Assembly: GCA_033764015.1 (NCBI GenBank)
Contig: JANRJK010000017.1
Span: forward strand, 64,001-128,000
Direction: 5' to 3'
DNA from: Candidatus Sumerlaeia bacterium
GTDB taxonomy: Bacteria; Sumerlaeota; Sumerlaeia; SLMS01; JANRJK01
DNA length: 64,000 bases
The translations under genes were made by a program, and so were the position numbers. Below, one piece after another: positions 21,383 to 30,914 of this stretch; position 1 is the stretch's first letter, and the number at the start of each line of letters is the position of its first letter. Under the pieces are notes generated by a model, which saw nothing but the letters and a program-made list of their open reading frames with translations, had not been told where the DNA came from and made no database searches.

Positions 21383-21982
21383 TCAGTCCTGCTCGAGGGC
21401 GACGTTCCAGTACGCGGCGTCGACGAACTTCGCCCAGACGGGGCGTCCGGGTCCGCGCAGCGAGGCGCGGAGCGTCGAGAACCACTGCGGGCGGCGCGGC
21501 TCCTTCATCAGCTTCATGCCGCTCTCGCGCACCAGCTTGCTGCCCTTCTTCGCGTTGCAGCCCTGGCAGGCGAGGACCACGTTCTCCCACGTCGAGCGCC
21601 CGCCCAGGCAGCGGGGCAGCACGTGGTCGATCGTCAGCTCCTCCCGCGCCGGGCGGCATCCGCAGTACTGGCAGGTGTTGTTGTCGCGGATGTAGATGTT
21701 GCGCCGGTTGAACTTCACGGAGCGCGGCGGGGTGCGGTGGTAGCCGACGAGCAGGATCACGTCGGGCACGAGGATCCGCAGGTTCGGGGTGTGGATGAAC
21801 CGGTTGCCGTGGATGTCGACATGCTGGCTGAACTGCGTCCAGGAGTCGAAGTTGTAGGTGACGTAGTTGTCGTCGACGACCTTCGCGAGGCCCTCGACCA
21901 CGAGTCCGACGGCGCGCTTCACGTTGGTGACGTGAATCGCTGTCCATCCGTTGTTGAGGACCAGAACCCCCTGATTCAGCAT
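21383..21982 (-). CDS. HNH endonuclease (McrA-like, HNH_5 type)
   Basis: VLVLN, RDNNTCQYCG, TIDHVLP..GG..TWENVVLACQGCNAKKG. Confidence 0.92.
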   Translation of the reverse strand: MLNQGVLVLNNGWTAIHVTNVKRAVGLVVEGLAKVVDDNYVTYNFDSWTQFSQHVDIHGNRFIHTPNLRILVPDVILLVGYHRTPPRSVKFNRRNIYIRDNNTCQYCGCRPAREELTIDHVLPRCLGGRSTWENVVLACQGCNAKKGSKLVRESGMKLMKEPRRPQWFSTLRASLRGPGRPVWAKFVDAAYWNVALEQD

Positions 21983-22175
21983 GGTCGGCGCACTCCGTGG
22001 CGGCGGCGACGGATCGCGGCGCAAGAACGTCCTGCCGGCGGGCAGGACTCGATGCGACCAAGACCCTATCCACGCTCCAGAGAGGGGGGCGGGCTGCAAT
22101 CCTGTCGAGGCAAATCGCGCGTAGGAAAGCTGTGGATTGTGTGGAAAGACCCGTCGGGGCGCCAGATGCGGCGTC

Positions 22176-22913
22176 TCAGCCCCGCAGCGCCTTGCGCAAC
22201 CGGCCCGCCGCCTGCCCCAGCAGCACCAGCGACAGCACCAGGCAGATGACCCGGCCCACCACCAGGTCCTTCGCGGGCGCGGTCGGCATCCCGAGGAAGT
22301 TCAGCGGTTCCTGCCAGCGCTCGAACAGGTAGAACAGCGGGGCGAGCAGGCACGCACCGAGCAAGCCGCCCGCCCACGCCTGCACGAGGAACGTCCCGAG
22401 CCACGCCATCACGCCGACGACAAATAGGGAGTTGAGCAGCAGGCACAGCACCGCCCCCGCCGCGGGGAAGGCGCCGTCCAGGAACACCGAAACGGCCGCC
22501 ACGCCGGGCAGGATCGCCAGCCCGAGCGCCACCATCAGCGTAGTCGCCTTGGTCGCGACCAGCCGTTGCTGCGATCCGGTCGCGAGCCATAGGAGCTCGA
22601 AGGTGCCTTGGCGCTGCTCCGACGCATAGATCGGCGCGGTGAGCAGGATCGCCAAGGCGGCGTAGAATCGCGCGAGCGCGACATACCCCTCCTGCGCGGT
22701 GACCGGGGGGAAGTAGGCGAGGTAGCCGATGGCGAGCGCGAGCGGCCCCAGCATGAGCGCGCCATGCCAGCCGAGCACTGCGCCGAGCTGGAGCCGCAGC
22801 AGCCGCAGGCCGTCGCGGCGGAACTGGGGCCGGAGCCACAGCTTCGCGAGCCGCAGCCGCGTGCGGACCGCGCTGGCGATGGCGCCGTCGAGGGCGGCGT
22901 CGCGGGCGCTCAA
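22176..22913 (-). CDS. ABC-2 type permease
   Basis: ASEQRQGTFELLW; multiple TM segments; TTG start overlapping the upstream stop, GGAGG RBS. Confidence 0.7.
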   Translation of the reverse strand: MSARDAALDGAIASAVRTRLRLAKLWLRPQFRRDGLRLLRLQLGAVLGWHGALMLGPLALAIGYLAYFPPVTAQEGYVALARFYAALAILLTAPIYASEQRQGTFELLWLATGSQQRLVATKATTLMVALGLAILPGVAAVSVFLDGAFPAAGAVLCLLLNSLFVVGVMAWLGTFLVQAWAGGLLGACLLAPLFYLFERWQEPLNFLGMPTAPAKDLVVGRVICLVLSLVLLGQAAGRLRKALRG

Positions 22914-23812
22914 CCGGCCGCCTCCGCCCAAGTTTCGCCCGCCTCGCCGATGGCCCCCATGTAGGCGTCCTCCAGCGTGGCCTCCACCGGGCGGGCCGAG
23001 GCTCCGGGGGGGCTGGCGGCCAGGACCCGCGCCACCGCGCCGCCGGGGGCCGCTTCGATGCCGAGCAGCTGGCCCGGTCCGGGCCACGCGGCGAGCGCCT
23101 CGCGCCCCACGGGGAGCGCCCAGACCTTGCCGCGCACGCGCGCGGTTAGCTCCGCCGGCGTGCCGGTGAACAGCACGCGCCCCTTCGCGATCACGCCGAG
23201 CCTAGCGCAGGTGCGCTCCACGTCGCCCACGATATGAGTCGACAGGATCGTAACTCGGCCGGGCGCCAGCTCCGCCAGCAGGTCGCGGAAGAACACCCGC
23301 TCCTCCGGATCGAGGCCGGCGGTCGGCTCGTCCATCAGCAGCAGCTGGGGATCGTGCAGCAGCGCCAGCGCGACGCCGAGGCGCTGCTTCATGCCGCGGC
23401 TGTAGGAGGCGGCGTCGCGGCGGGCGGCGTCGACGAGGTTCACCCGCTCGAGGAGCGCCTCGATGCGCGGACGCATGGCGCGCGGCGAAAGGCCGAGGAG
23501 GAGGCACGCCTCCTCGAGCACCTCGACGCCGGTCTGGTGCGGAAGGAAGTCGAAAGCCTGCGGCATGTAGCCGAGCCGCCGCCGCCACTCGCGAGGCTGC
23601 CGCGCGACGTCGACGCCGTCGGCGAAGGCGATGGTGCCCGCCTCGAACCCGAGCCCGCCGGAGAGGATCTCCATCAGCGACGTCTTCCCCGCGCCATTGG
23701 GGCCCAGGAGACCGAACACACCTTCGCCCAGCTCCAGGTGGACGCCATCGAGCGCGCGGCGCAGGTTGCCGTAGATCTTCACTACATCGTGGATGCGGAG
23801 CGTGGCGGACAG
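22910..23812 (-). CDS. ABC transporter ATP-binding protein
   Basis: GPNGAGKTS, YSRGMKQR, LLMDEP; start codon uncertain. Confidence 0.88.
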   Translation of the reverse strand: MSATLRIHDVVKIYGNLRRALDGVHLELGEGVFGLLGPNGAGKTSLMEILSGGLGFEAGTIAFADGVDVARQPREWRRRLGYMPQAFDFLPHQTGVEVLEEACLLLGLSPRAMRPRIEALLERVNLVDAARRDAASYSRGMKQRLGVALALLHDPQLLLMDEPTAGLDPEERVFFRDLLAELAPGRVTILSTHIVGDVERTCARLGVIAKGRVLFTGTPAELTARVRGKVWALPVGREALAAWPGPGQLLGIEAAPGGAVARVLAASPPGASARPVEATLEDAYMGAIGEAGETWAEAAG

Positions 23813-23942
23813 GTCGGTGCTTCCCGGGGCGGGTATGCGAAGGGATACGCGCGGGGGGCTCCGCGCTTCAACCGCCGCGGCGCGCTTGACGCGCCCCGGT
23901 CCGGGGGGAACGCTCGCAGCCGAGGAATCCGCGTCCCGCCCG

Positions 23943-24794
23943 ATGCAGCAAGAACAGCTCGCCGAACAGCTCGCCGCAAGGCTTGAGCGCCCGATCCTCG
24001 CGATCCTCGCGGACCTCGACGGGGTGCTGACCTCCGGGACGCAGTGGCGCGTGCCGGCGGCGCTGTTCGCGCGGCTGCAGGCGTACGCCGACGCGCAGCC
24101 CGCCGATCCGGCGATCCCGCGGCTCGCCTTCAACACGGGACGCCCGCAGCCCTACGTCGAGTGCATGGCCCGCCACGCCCACGTGTCCCTCCCGAGCCTC
24201 TGCGAGCACGGGCTCGTGCTGTGGGGCCCCCCGGGGCACGAGCTGCTCGTGCACCCGAAGCTGCCCGCGTCCGATCTGGAGCGCATGGCGCGGGTGCGCC
24301 GCATCGCGGCGGAGCGCGCGGCGCTTCCGGGCTGCCGCTACCATCTCGAAGCGGGGAAGATCGCCGAGGTGACGCTGATCCCGCGGCGCCCCGTGCGCAC
24401 CGAGGAGCTGGTGCCGGAGGCGGAGGAGATCGCCGCGCTCGCCGGCGGGGGCGTGCGGATCGACGCCACCTTCAGCGTGCTGACCTTCATGCCGCCGCTG
24501 CTGGACAAGGGCGCGGGCATGGGCTGGTGGTGCGAAACGACCGGCATCCCCGCGGGCCAGGTGGCCGCCGTGGGCGACTCCTGGGTGGACTGGAGCTTCC
24601 TCCGCGAGGCCGCCGTCTCCTTCGCGCCCTCGAACGCGGTCGAGGAGATCCGCGCCCGCGTCCATATCGCCAGCGATTGCCGCTTCGGCGACGTGGTGCT
24701 CGAAATGTTCGAAGTGATCACCGCCGCGAACCGGCGGATCCTCGCGCGCTCCGGCGCCGAGGCACCCTGCGCCGGAGCGCCCCATGACGCCTGA
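23943..24794 (+). CDS. HAD-superfamily hydrolase (subfamily IIB)
   Basis: DLDGVL, NTGRP, DKG, GDSWVD motifs. Confidence 0.8.
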   Translation: MQQEQLAEQLAARLERPILAILADLDGVLTSGTQWRVPAALFARLQAYADAQPADPAIPRLAFNTGRPQPYVECMARHAHVSLPSLCEHGLVLWGPPGHELLVHPKLPASDLERMARVRRIAAERAALPGCRYHLEAGKIAEVTLIPRRPVRTEELVPEAEEIAALAGGGVRIDATFSVLTFMPPLLDKGAGMGWWCETTGIPAGQVAAVGDSWVDWSFLREAAVSFAPSNAVEEIRARVHIASDCRFGDVVLEMFEVITAANRRILARSGAEAPCAGAPHDA

Positions 24795-25926
24795 AACGCC
24801 GCTCGCCTTCGATTCCCTCGCCATCCACGCGGGCCTGCCGATCCCCGCGGACGGCTCGCCGGTGGCTCCGCCGATAGTCCTCTCGAGCACCTTCGAGCAC
24901 CCCGCCCCGGAGGACCTGGACCAGCGGCGCTACCTCTACGGGCGCTACGACAACCCGAACCGCAAGTCGCTCGAGGAGGCGCTCGCCGCGCTTGAGGGCG
25001 GCGCGGTGGCGTACGCCTTCAGCTCCGGCAACATGGCGACGCACGCGATGCTCCACGCGCTGCCGCCGGGCTCGCGGATCCTCTACCACCGCGACATCTA
25101 CAGCGGCACGCGCCGCGCCATGCGCGAACTTTGGCAGGGGCGCCTCGAGTTCGCCGAGGCGGACCTGCGCGACCACGCGGAGGCGGAGCGCGCCCTCGCC
25201 GAGAGGCCCACCGCGCTGCTGTGGATCGAGACGCCGAGCAACCCGCTGCTCCATGTGCTCGATATCGCCGCGCTCGCCGCGCTCGCGAGGCGCCACGGCG
25301 CGCACTCGCTCGTGGACAACACCTGGGCGACGCCGGTGCTGCAGTGCCCGCTCGCGCTCGGCGCGGACGTGGTGCTCCACAGCACTTCGAAGTACATCGG
25401 CGGGCATACGGACCTGATCGGCGGCGCGCTCGTGCTCCGCGGGGCGGGCCCGCTGGCGGAGTCGCTCCGCTCGATCCAGTTCCTCGGCGGGGGAGTGCCC
25501 TCGCCGTTCGACTGCTGGCTGGCGCGGCGCGGGCTGATGACGCTGCCGGTCCGCGTCCGCGCGCATGTCGAGAACGGGCGCCGCGTTGCGGAGTACCTCC
25601 GCGCGCACCCGAAGGTCTCGCAGGTCTACTTCCCCGGCTTCGCGGGACCGGCCGACGCCGCGCTCGTCGCGCGCCAGATGAAGGCGCCCGGCGCGGTGCT
25701 CTCCTTCCGCCACGCGGACGGCGACGAGGCCGCGTCGCGCCTCCCCGGCAAGCTCCGCCTTGTGCGCAACGCCACCTCGCTCGGCGGCGTCGAGTCGCTC
25801 CTCGAATGGCGTTACCCGTCGGAGGGGCCGAATTCGCCCACACCGAAGGACCTGCTGCGGCTGTCCGTCGGGCTCGAGGATCCGGCGGACATTGAGCGCG
25901 ACCTGGACCGCGCGCTGCGGGGGTAG
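24784..25926 (+). CDS. Cystathionine gamma-synthase/lyase family PLP enzyme
   Basis: YGRYDNPNR, IETPSNP, DNTWATP, STSKYIGGHTD, SLGGVES. Confidence 0.9.
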   Translation: MTPETPLAFDSLAIHAGLPIPADGSPVAPPIVLSSTFEHPAPEDLDQRRYLYGRYDNPNRKSLEEALAALEGGAVAYAFSSGNMATHAMLHALPPGSRILYHRDIYSGTRRAMRELWQGRLEFAEADLRDHAEAERALAERPTALLWIETPSNPLLHVLDIAALAALARRHGAHSLVDNTWATPVLQCPLALGADVVLHSTSKYIGGHTDLIGGALVLRGAGPLAESLRSIQFLGGGVPSPFDCWLARRGLMTLPVRVRAHVENGRRVAEYLRAHPKVSQVYFPGFAGPADAALVARQMKAPGAVLSFRHADGDEAASRLPGKLRLVRNATSLGGVESLLEWRYPSEGPNSPTPKDLLRLSVGLEDPADIERDLDRALRG

Positions 25927-26014
25927 GGGCGCCAAGACGGTCGAATCAAGGCGTTTCGGATTGACGTGCGATGATGGTCGAGATTCGGACTTTGTCCATC
26001 AAGGGAGCCAACCA

Positions 26015-26692
26015 ATGCAAAGCAATGTCCGCCCCGGAAACTTTCTCACTCGAGCCGCCGAGCTGTCCGTCCCCGTCGGCATCATCGCCCTCCTCGCGCT
26101 ACTTGCTGGCGCCCGCTACGATGAAGCGACCACCCGCGCCAAGTACGCCCAAGTGATCAACGAACTTCGAACGCAGCACCGCGCGGTGGTTGCGTATGCG
26201 GCGGACCATTCGGAGTACCCGGTGATGACTTGGGCCGGTTACTTTGGCAATGCCGACAGGCTCACGCCGGACGGCGTGCCCGCGGTGGGAACCCTACCGA
26301 AAGGCATCACTACTCCCATCGCCTATCTCAATGGGATCCCCGAAGATCCTTTCCTAAGCGGGTTCCAGAACACCGCCAGAGCGCTCTACAGCTACCGCAA
26401 CATCGACACGCATGTTTTTCTATTCAACGTCGGTGCCATCGTGCCGATTCCCGGCCAGCCGGGCTTTCTCTACCGACCATTGAATCCGAGTCAGCAGAGG
26501 GCGTCGAAGAGGCAGATCGGCACATATGCGATACTTTCAGTCGGCCCCAACTTCGACGAGCAGTATCTGCCGCAGGCTTTCTCCACCAACATCGGAACGA
26601 ATGCCCTCTACGACCCGACGAACGGCACGGCCAGCAGCGGGCCGATCATGATCGGTGAGCGCAGCCGCGGCACCGTGTCGGGAGCATTCTGA
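26015..26692 (+). CDS. Pseudopilin-like (GspG-type) protein with degenerate N-methylation motif
   Basis: EL..VGIIALLALLA, EATTRAK, AYAADHSEYP, ITTPIAY..DPF, SVGP, YDPTNGTASSG. Confidence 0.65.
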   Translation: MQSNVRPGNFLTRAAELSVPVGIIALLALLAGARYDEATTRAKYAQVINELRTQHRAVVAYAADHSEYPVMTWAGYFGNADRLTPDGVPAVGTLPKGITTPIAYLNGIPEDPFLSGFQNTARALYSYRNIDTHVFLFNVGAIVPIPGQPGFLYRPLNPSQQRASKRQIGTYAILSVGPNFDEQYLPQAFSTNIGTNALYDPTNGTASSGPIMIGERSRGTVSGAF

Positions 26693-28632
26693 TGGGAACT
26701 TCAACTGGAAGGGGCCACACAGGATCGGCACTCAACATCGGTATCGCCGCAGCCATGCTGATCGGCGCAGCGCCGGTGTCCGCCACTCAAGTCCTTGTTT
26801 TCGACCCAGCCAACGCATCGGTGGCCTGGAAGTCCTCGGACGGCAATCGCGCGGGATTACTCTCCGCCGAGCTCCGCGAAGCGCCCACCGACGTCTGTCT
26901 CCTTCCCAACGGACGCCGGTTTGTCGTCGATCGGCGGGACGACGGCCTGGTGCATCTGCAAGAGCGGGACGGGGTGCAGATAGCCACTCTCACGCTCGAT
27001 CCCGGGTTTCGATTGCTGAACTGGGGGCCGGCGCTGGAGGCGAATTCCTGCGCGGTGCTGCTGGCGTCGCGGTTCACCGCCGCTCCGGTGCGTTATGGAA
27101 TCGTCCGCTTGGACGACGCCACCTCAAGCCTGGTGTTTGACCAGTTCGCCGCCGATCCGAGCTATGTGGGACTAGTGCCAGCCCTCACCAGCCCCATCAG
27201 CACGGACATCCTCCAGTTCGAAACGGATGCGCTTGCTTGCCAGATCACCGGTCGCCCGGCCGCTTGGGTGTTCATCGTCCGGCGCGACGGCACCTTCATC
27301 AATGTGGGCTTTCCCTACAGCCCGATGACGGAAGCTCCCGCGCTTACTCAGGCTCCCGGCGGACGCTTCCTCCTGACTCCCCGGCTGTCGACCGGGCTCA
27401 AGCACCTCTCCCTGATCGATGGCGCCGGCGCGGAAGTCCTCGGCGTCCCGACGAGCGCCCTTCCGAACTTCCCACTCCGCCCGCTCGCCTCCGCTTGGGT
27501 TGGCGATGACCTCTACCTCCTCGACCGCGCGGCGCTCTACCGCCTTCCCGGGTTCCCGGACGGGCTCACCCTCGAATCGATAGTCACCTTCACCCAAGGC
27601 GGCGAAGACGCGCTGCGCACCGATCTGTCTTCGGCCACGCAAGTCATCGGTGCCGACGACGGCACGCTCCGCCTGTACGATCCGGTCCACCAAGGGATCG
27701 TCTCCGTCGATCCGGCAACGGGGAGCGTGTCGCAGGCGCTTGCGCTCCTCGACATGGGCGGGGGCGAACGCATCGGCATCCTGGACGACATGCTGCGGGA
27801 TTCCCAAGGCGACCTCTTCCTCCTCACTGGCACGGAGGAGTTCCCTCGCATCCTCGAAGTGATTCCCTCGACCGGCTACCGAAAGCTGACGGCGAGGCTT
27901 CCAAGCGTCTCTTGGGAGCCCTACTTCTTCCGCGCCCCGTCCGGCTTCGTCATGTTCCAGCCGGCGCCGAGCGATACCGACAGCAGCGATGCATCTCGCT
28001 TCCTTGTTTCGCACCTGGTCATTCCACAACCCGGGGGCGACGCATTGGTCGCTCAGGCCGAACGCATCGCGACCGACGGCGTCGTGCTCGATTGGGCGGC
28101 GGACCCGGTCGCGGGCGGCCATTTCCTCTTCGCAGGGCGCGGGGTGCGGCAAGTGTGGCAGGTTTCCGGGGCCGGAGCCTTCACACAGCTTTGGGCAGCC
28201 GATCCCGGAGTGTCCGGGGCGGGCCAGCGGGTCTCGCGGATCACCAGCACGCCCGCCGGCAAGATTCTACTGCTGGACCTTGCGGAGCCCCCCGCCATCC
28301 GCGAACTCCTGACGGACCCGACGCCGGCGCTTGGCGCGCCGGTGCCGCTCCAGCTCGGCAGCCCGGAGGAGGACCGCGCCACGTTCCGCCGCGTGTCGGG
28401 CATGGTGGCCGTTTCGGAGGATGAGGTTTACTTCACCTTCGTCGGCGACGACCAGGTGTACGCCGCGCCGCTATCGACCGGCGTGCTGTCGTCGATCGGC
28501 TCCGGCGTTCCTCCGGAGGTCGCGGCGTTCGAGGAATTGGGCCCGGCCTCGGGGCCTGCGCTCCGGTTAGTCCGAGCGGAGGGCTTGCAGCTTCCTTCCG
28601 GCAGTGCGGGTAGCTGGACGCTGTACGAGTAG
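26692..28632 (+). CDS. Secreted beta-rich hypothetical protein
   Basis: Signal-peptide-like N-terminus; TGATG coupling to upstream gene; ends GSAGSWTLYE. Confidence 0.7.
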   Translation: MGTSTGRGHTGSALNIGIAAAMLIGAAPVSATQVLVFDPANASVAWKSSDGNRAGLLSAELREAPTDVCLLPNGRRFVVDRRDDGLVHLQERDGVQIATLTLDPGFRLLNWGPALEANSCAVLLASRFTAAPVRYGIVRLDDATSSLVFDQFAADPSYVGLVPALTSPISTDILQFETDALACQITGRPAAWVFIVRRDGTFINVGFPYSPMTEAPALTQAPGGRFLLTPRLSTGLKHLSLIDGAGAEVLGVPTSALPNFPLRPLASAWVGDDLYLLDRAALYRLPGFPDGLTLESIVTFTQGGEDALRTDLSSATQVIGADDGTLRLYDPVHQGIVSVDPATGSVSQALALLDMGGGERIGILDDMLRDSQGDLFLLTGTEEFPRILEVIPSTGYRKLTARLPSVSWEPYFFRAPSGFVMFQPAPSDTDSSDASRFLVSHLVIPQPGGDALVAQAERIATDGVVLDWAADPVAGGHFLFAGRGVRQVWQVSGAGAFTQLWAADPGVSGAGQRVSRITSTPAGKILLLDLAEPPAIRELLTDPTPALGAPVPLQLGSPEEDRATFRRVSGMVAVSEDEVYFTFVGDDQVYAAPLSTGVLSSIGSGVPPEVAAFEELGPASGPALRLVRAEGLQLPSGSAGSWTLYE

Positions 28633-28678
28633 CCCGGCCCGCCTGGGTAACCCCGTGGGGCGGCGCCCCGCCCTCCCG

Positions 28679-29419
28679 CTAGCCCGTGGCCGCCAGCACC
28701 CCGGCGCCCGGCTGCGGCGCGTACATCGCGCCAGCCAGGAAGTCCTCCGTCCAATCGGCGCCGAAGCAGCGCGACAGGAACGGCCGCCCGGGCGTGTGGC
28801 GGCAATGGTGGGCCTTGTAGTCGGCGAGTTCCGCGGCGTCCTCCACCGGCGCGGGGGCGCCGGTCCGCGCGACGAGGCCGGCGAATTCGCCCAGATAGTC
28901 GTCGAAGGCGTGTTCGAGCACGCGGCGCTCGAGCGCCGTCTCGCGGAGCTGGAACACGGCGGAGCGGGTGAAGTGCGGCCGGCACCATTCGGGGTACTCG
29001 CCGTCGTGCAAGAGGCGCGCGTGCCGCGATGCGAGGCGCGCGAGCGCGGCACGCGCGGCCGGACAGCGGGCGCCGAGCTGGAAGTCCACGACCGCGGCCC
29101 GCACCACGCTGCCCATGAACACGTACTCGCTGGCGAAGACGGGATGCGCCTCCGGGTCGTCGGGAAAGGCGAGCAGCGAGAAGATCTCGATCCGCGCGCT
29201 ATCGATGCCGGTGAAGCGGAGGACGCCGAAGCCGGGGAACGACACCTCGGCGAAATTCAACGCCACGGTGGTGCTGGCGGAAGCGCTGCCGAGCGTCGAA
29301 AAGCTGCGCGGCGAGAGTTCGCCGCGGAGTCCCGCCCCTTCGAGGGCGTCCCATGCGCGGAGCAGGTAGCGCAGCGATGCGCGCGGCCGCAGCGCCGGCG
29401 CCGGTGCGGGCGGCGTCAC
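28679..29419 (-). CDS. Ferredoxin-dependent bilin reductase family protein (PcyA/PebA-like, divergent)
   Basis: IEIFSLLAFP..HPVFASEYV, AAVVDFQ, YPEW..HFT and FLSRCFGADWTEDFLAGAMY align by eye to PcyA motifs DILHCVMFP/PLFGCDIV/AAIADLSP/LPPW/LEKAFGEAWAERYM. Confidence 0.75.
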   Translation of the reverse strand: MTPPAPAPALRPRASLRYLLRAWDALEGAGLRGELSPRSFSTLGSASASTTVALNFAEVSFPGFGVLRFTGIDSARIEIFSLLAFPDDPEAHPVFASEYVFMGSVVRAAVVDFQLGARCPAARAALARLASRHARLLHDGEYPEWCRPHFTRSAVFQLRETALERRVLEHAFDDYLGEFAGLVARTGAPAPVEDAAELADYKAHHCRHTPGRPFLSRCFGADWTEDFLAGAMYAPQPGAGVLAATG

Positions 29420-30126
29420 GCGGGAAGCAGCTCCGTTGCGAGGAGGCGGAGGTTCGAGCGGACCGCGGGCGCGAGCGCGGCGGGGTCGAACTCGTCGTTT
29501 AGTTCGATGGCGCGCTTCAGTCCATCGTCATGCGGGAGGAAGGCGCCTGAGAGCACGGGCCGCAGGTAGGTTTGGAGGAACTTGTCCACCGCGGAGGCCA
29601 ACGGCGTTCCGAGGCCGGCGCCGGTGGGGACCACGCGCGCTTGGAACTCGCGCCCCGGACGCGCGCGCTGGTCCTTCAGCTCATCAAGGAACCCGAGCAG
29701 CGTGCGCAGCATCACCGCGTTGGCGGGGACCGGTACGACGACTTGCGTCGCGGCGCGGAGGAGCCCCGGCATGTCGCCGACCGGGACTTGCGGCAGGTCC
29801 ACGATGGTTACGCCGGGCTCCTCGCCGGTGGGCAGCAGGAAGTCGCCCGAGGAGTCCTCGCCGATGCCCACAACGGCGGGGAAGTGGGTGGCGTAGACCG
29901 GCAGCGTGGCGTGCGAGCCCGCCTGACGGGCGCCGGTGCGGGCGACGATGCCGCGGTGACGGAAGAGGGCGAAGCCGGAAGGTCCGCCCGCCGGCGCCGC
30001 GTCGACCACAAGGACGGAGCGCCCGGCGGCGGCGACCTCCATGGCCAGGAGCGCGGCGAGCGTGGACTTCATCGCGCCGCCGACGTGCGAGCAGACGAGC
30101 CAGAGCTCGCGGCGGGGAGCGCTCAC
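29416..30126 (-). CDS. ParA/MinD-like protein with degenerate Walker A
   Basis: VCSHVGGAMKST, GRSVLVVDA, TIVDLP, VVVPV; GTG start overlapping the upstream TGA. Confidence 0.7.
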   Translation of the reverse strand: MSAPRRELWLVCSHVGGAMKSTLAALLAMEVAAAGRSVLVVDAAPAGGPSGFALFRHRGIVARTGARQAGSHATLPVYATHFPAVVGIGEDSSGDFLLPTGEEPGVTIVDLPQVPVGDMPGLLRAATQVVVPVPANAVMLRTLLGFLDELKDQRARPGREFQARVVPTGAGLGTPLASAVDKFLQTYLRPVLSGAFLPHDDGLKRAIELNDEFDPAALAPAVRSNLRLLATELLPA

Positions 30127-30914
30127 CGGCCACCTCCCGCGGGGATGGCCGCGACCCGGCGGCCGAGGCCGCCCGCGAGCTTCCAGAGCTTGCCGAGGAG
30201 ACCCTGCGTGGGGCCCGCAGCCTCCACGGCGGCGGGACGCTCGGGCGCGCGGAGGCCAAAGTCCGCGGCGAGCCAAGACACGGCGGGTTCCCACGCCTCC
30301 CTTGGCACCGGCGGGACCGGCACCGGGGGGAGGGCATAGGGGGCTTGCGCGCGGGTCGGCTCTTGCGGGTCCCAGCCCACCCAGGCGGTCAGGAACCCCT
30401 GCGGATACTTCTGCGCGAGGCTGCGCTGGAGGCCGAGCTGCTCCGGCTGGACCTTGCAGGAGAGCAGACCGAGCACGGCGAGGGCGGGGTGCTCGGCGCG
30501 GATGCGGTCGAGGAAGCTCCAGACCGCGGGCAGTGCGTTGACCGAGTTCGCGTGGAGCTCCGTGAGGAGGACGAGGGAGTGAGCAAGCCGCAGCCAAGGG
30601 GCGAGCGCGGGGTCTCCGACGCTGCCGGTGTCGACCATTACGAGCTGCGCGCCGAGGGCCGCCTGCGGCGCGACCATCGCCTTGGCGGCGACCGGGGTGG
30701 TGGCGGCGCGCCCGTGCACAACGGGGACCCGCGACTCCTTCGCCACTAGGCAATGCGCCGCGGGATACGGGGCCACGTCCACGATGGCGGTGCGGATGCC
30801 GCGGCGTGAAAGCTCCTCGGCCACGCGGACGCAGAAGGTGGTCTTGCCGACGCCTCCCTTGGCGGAGGCGACCACGACGATGGGGGGCTGCTTGGCGGGA
30901 GTGGTGTCGCTCAT
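30123..30914 (-). CDS. ParA/MinD-family ATPase
   Basis: Deviant Walker A SAKGGVGKTT, TAIVD, VMVDT. Confidence 0.85.
   Translation of the reverse strand: MSDTTPAKQPPIVVVASAKGGVGKTTFCVRVAEELSRRGIRTAIVDVAPYPAAHCLVAKESRVPVVHGRAATTPVAAKAMVAPQAALGAQLVMVDTGSVGDPALAPWLRLAHSLVLLTELHANSVNALPAVWSFLDRIRAEHPALAVLGLLSCKVQPEQLGLQRSLAQKYPQGFLTAWVGWDPQEPTRAQAPYALPPVPVPPVPREAWEPAVSWLAADFGLRAPERPAAVEAAGPTQGLLGKLWKLAGGLGRRVAAIPAGGGR

Noticed and set aside
21383..21982. HNH nuclease as a mobile element or defence system
   Set aside because: Common stand-alone family; no flanking repeats, intron, methylase or array seen.
29416..30914. Plasmid or chromosome partition locus
   Set aside because: No parB, parS-like repeats or replication gene; embedded in a signalling operon.
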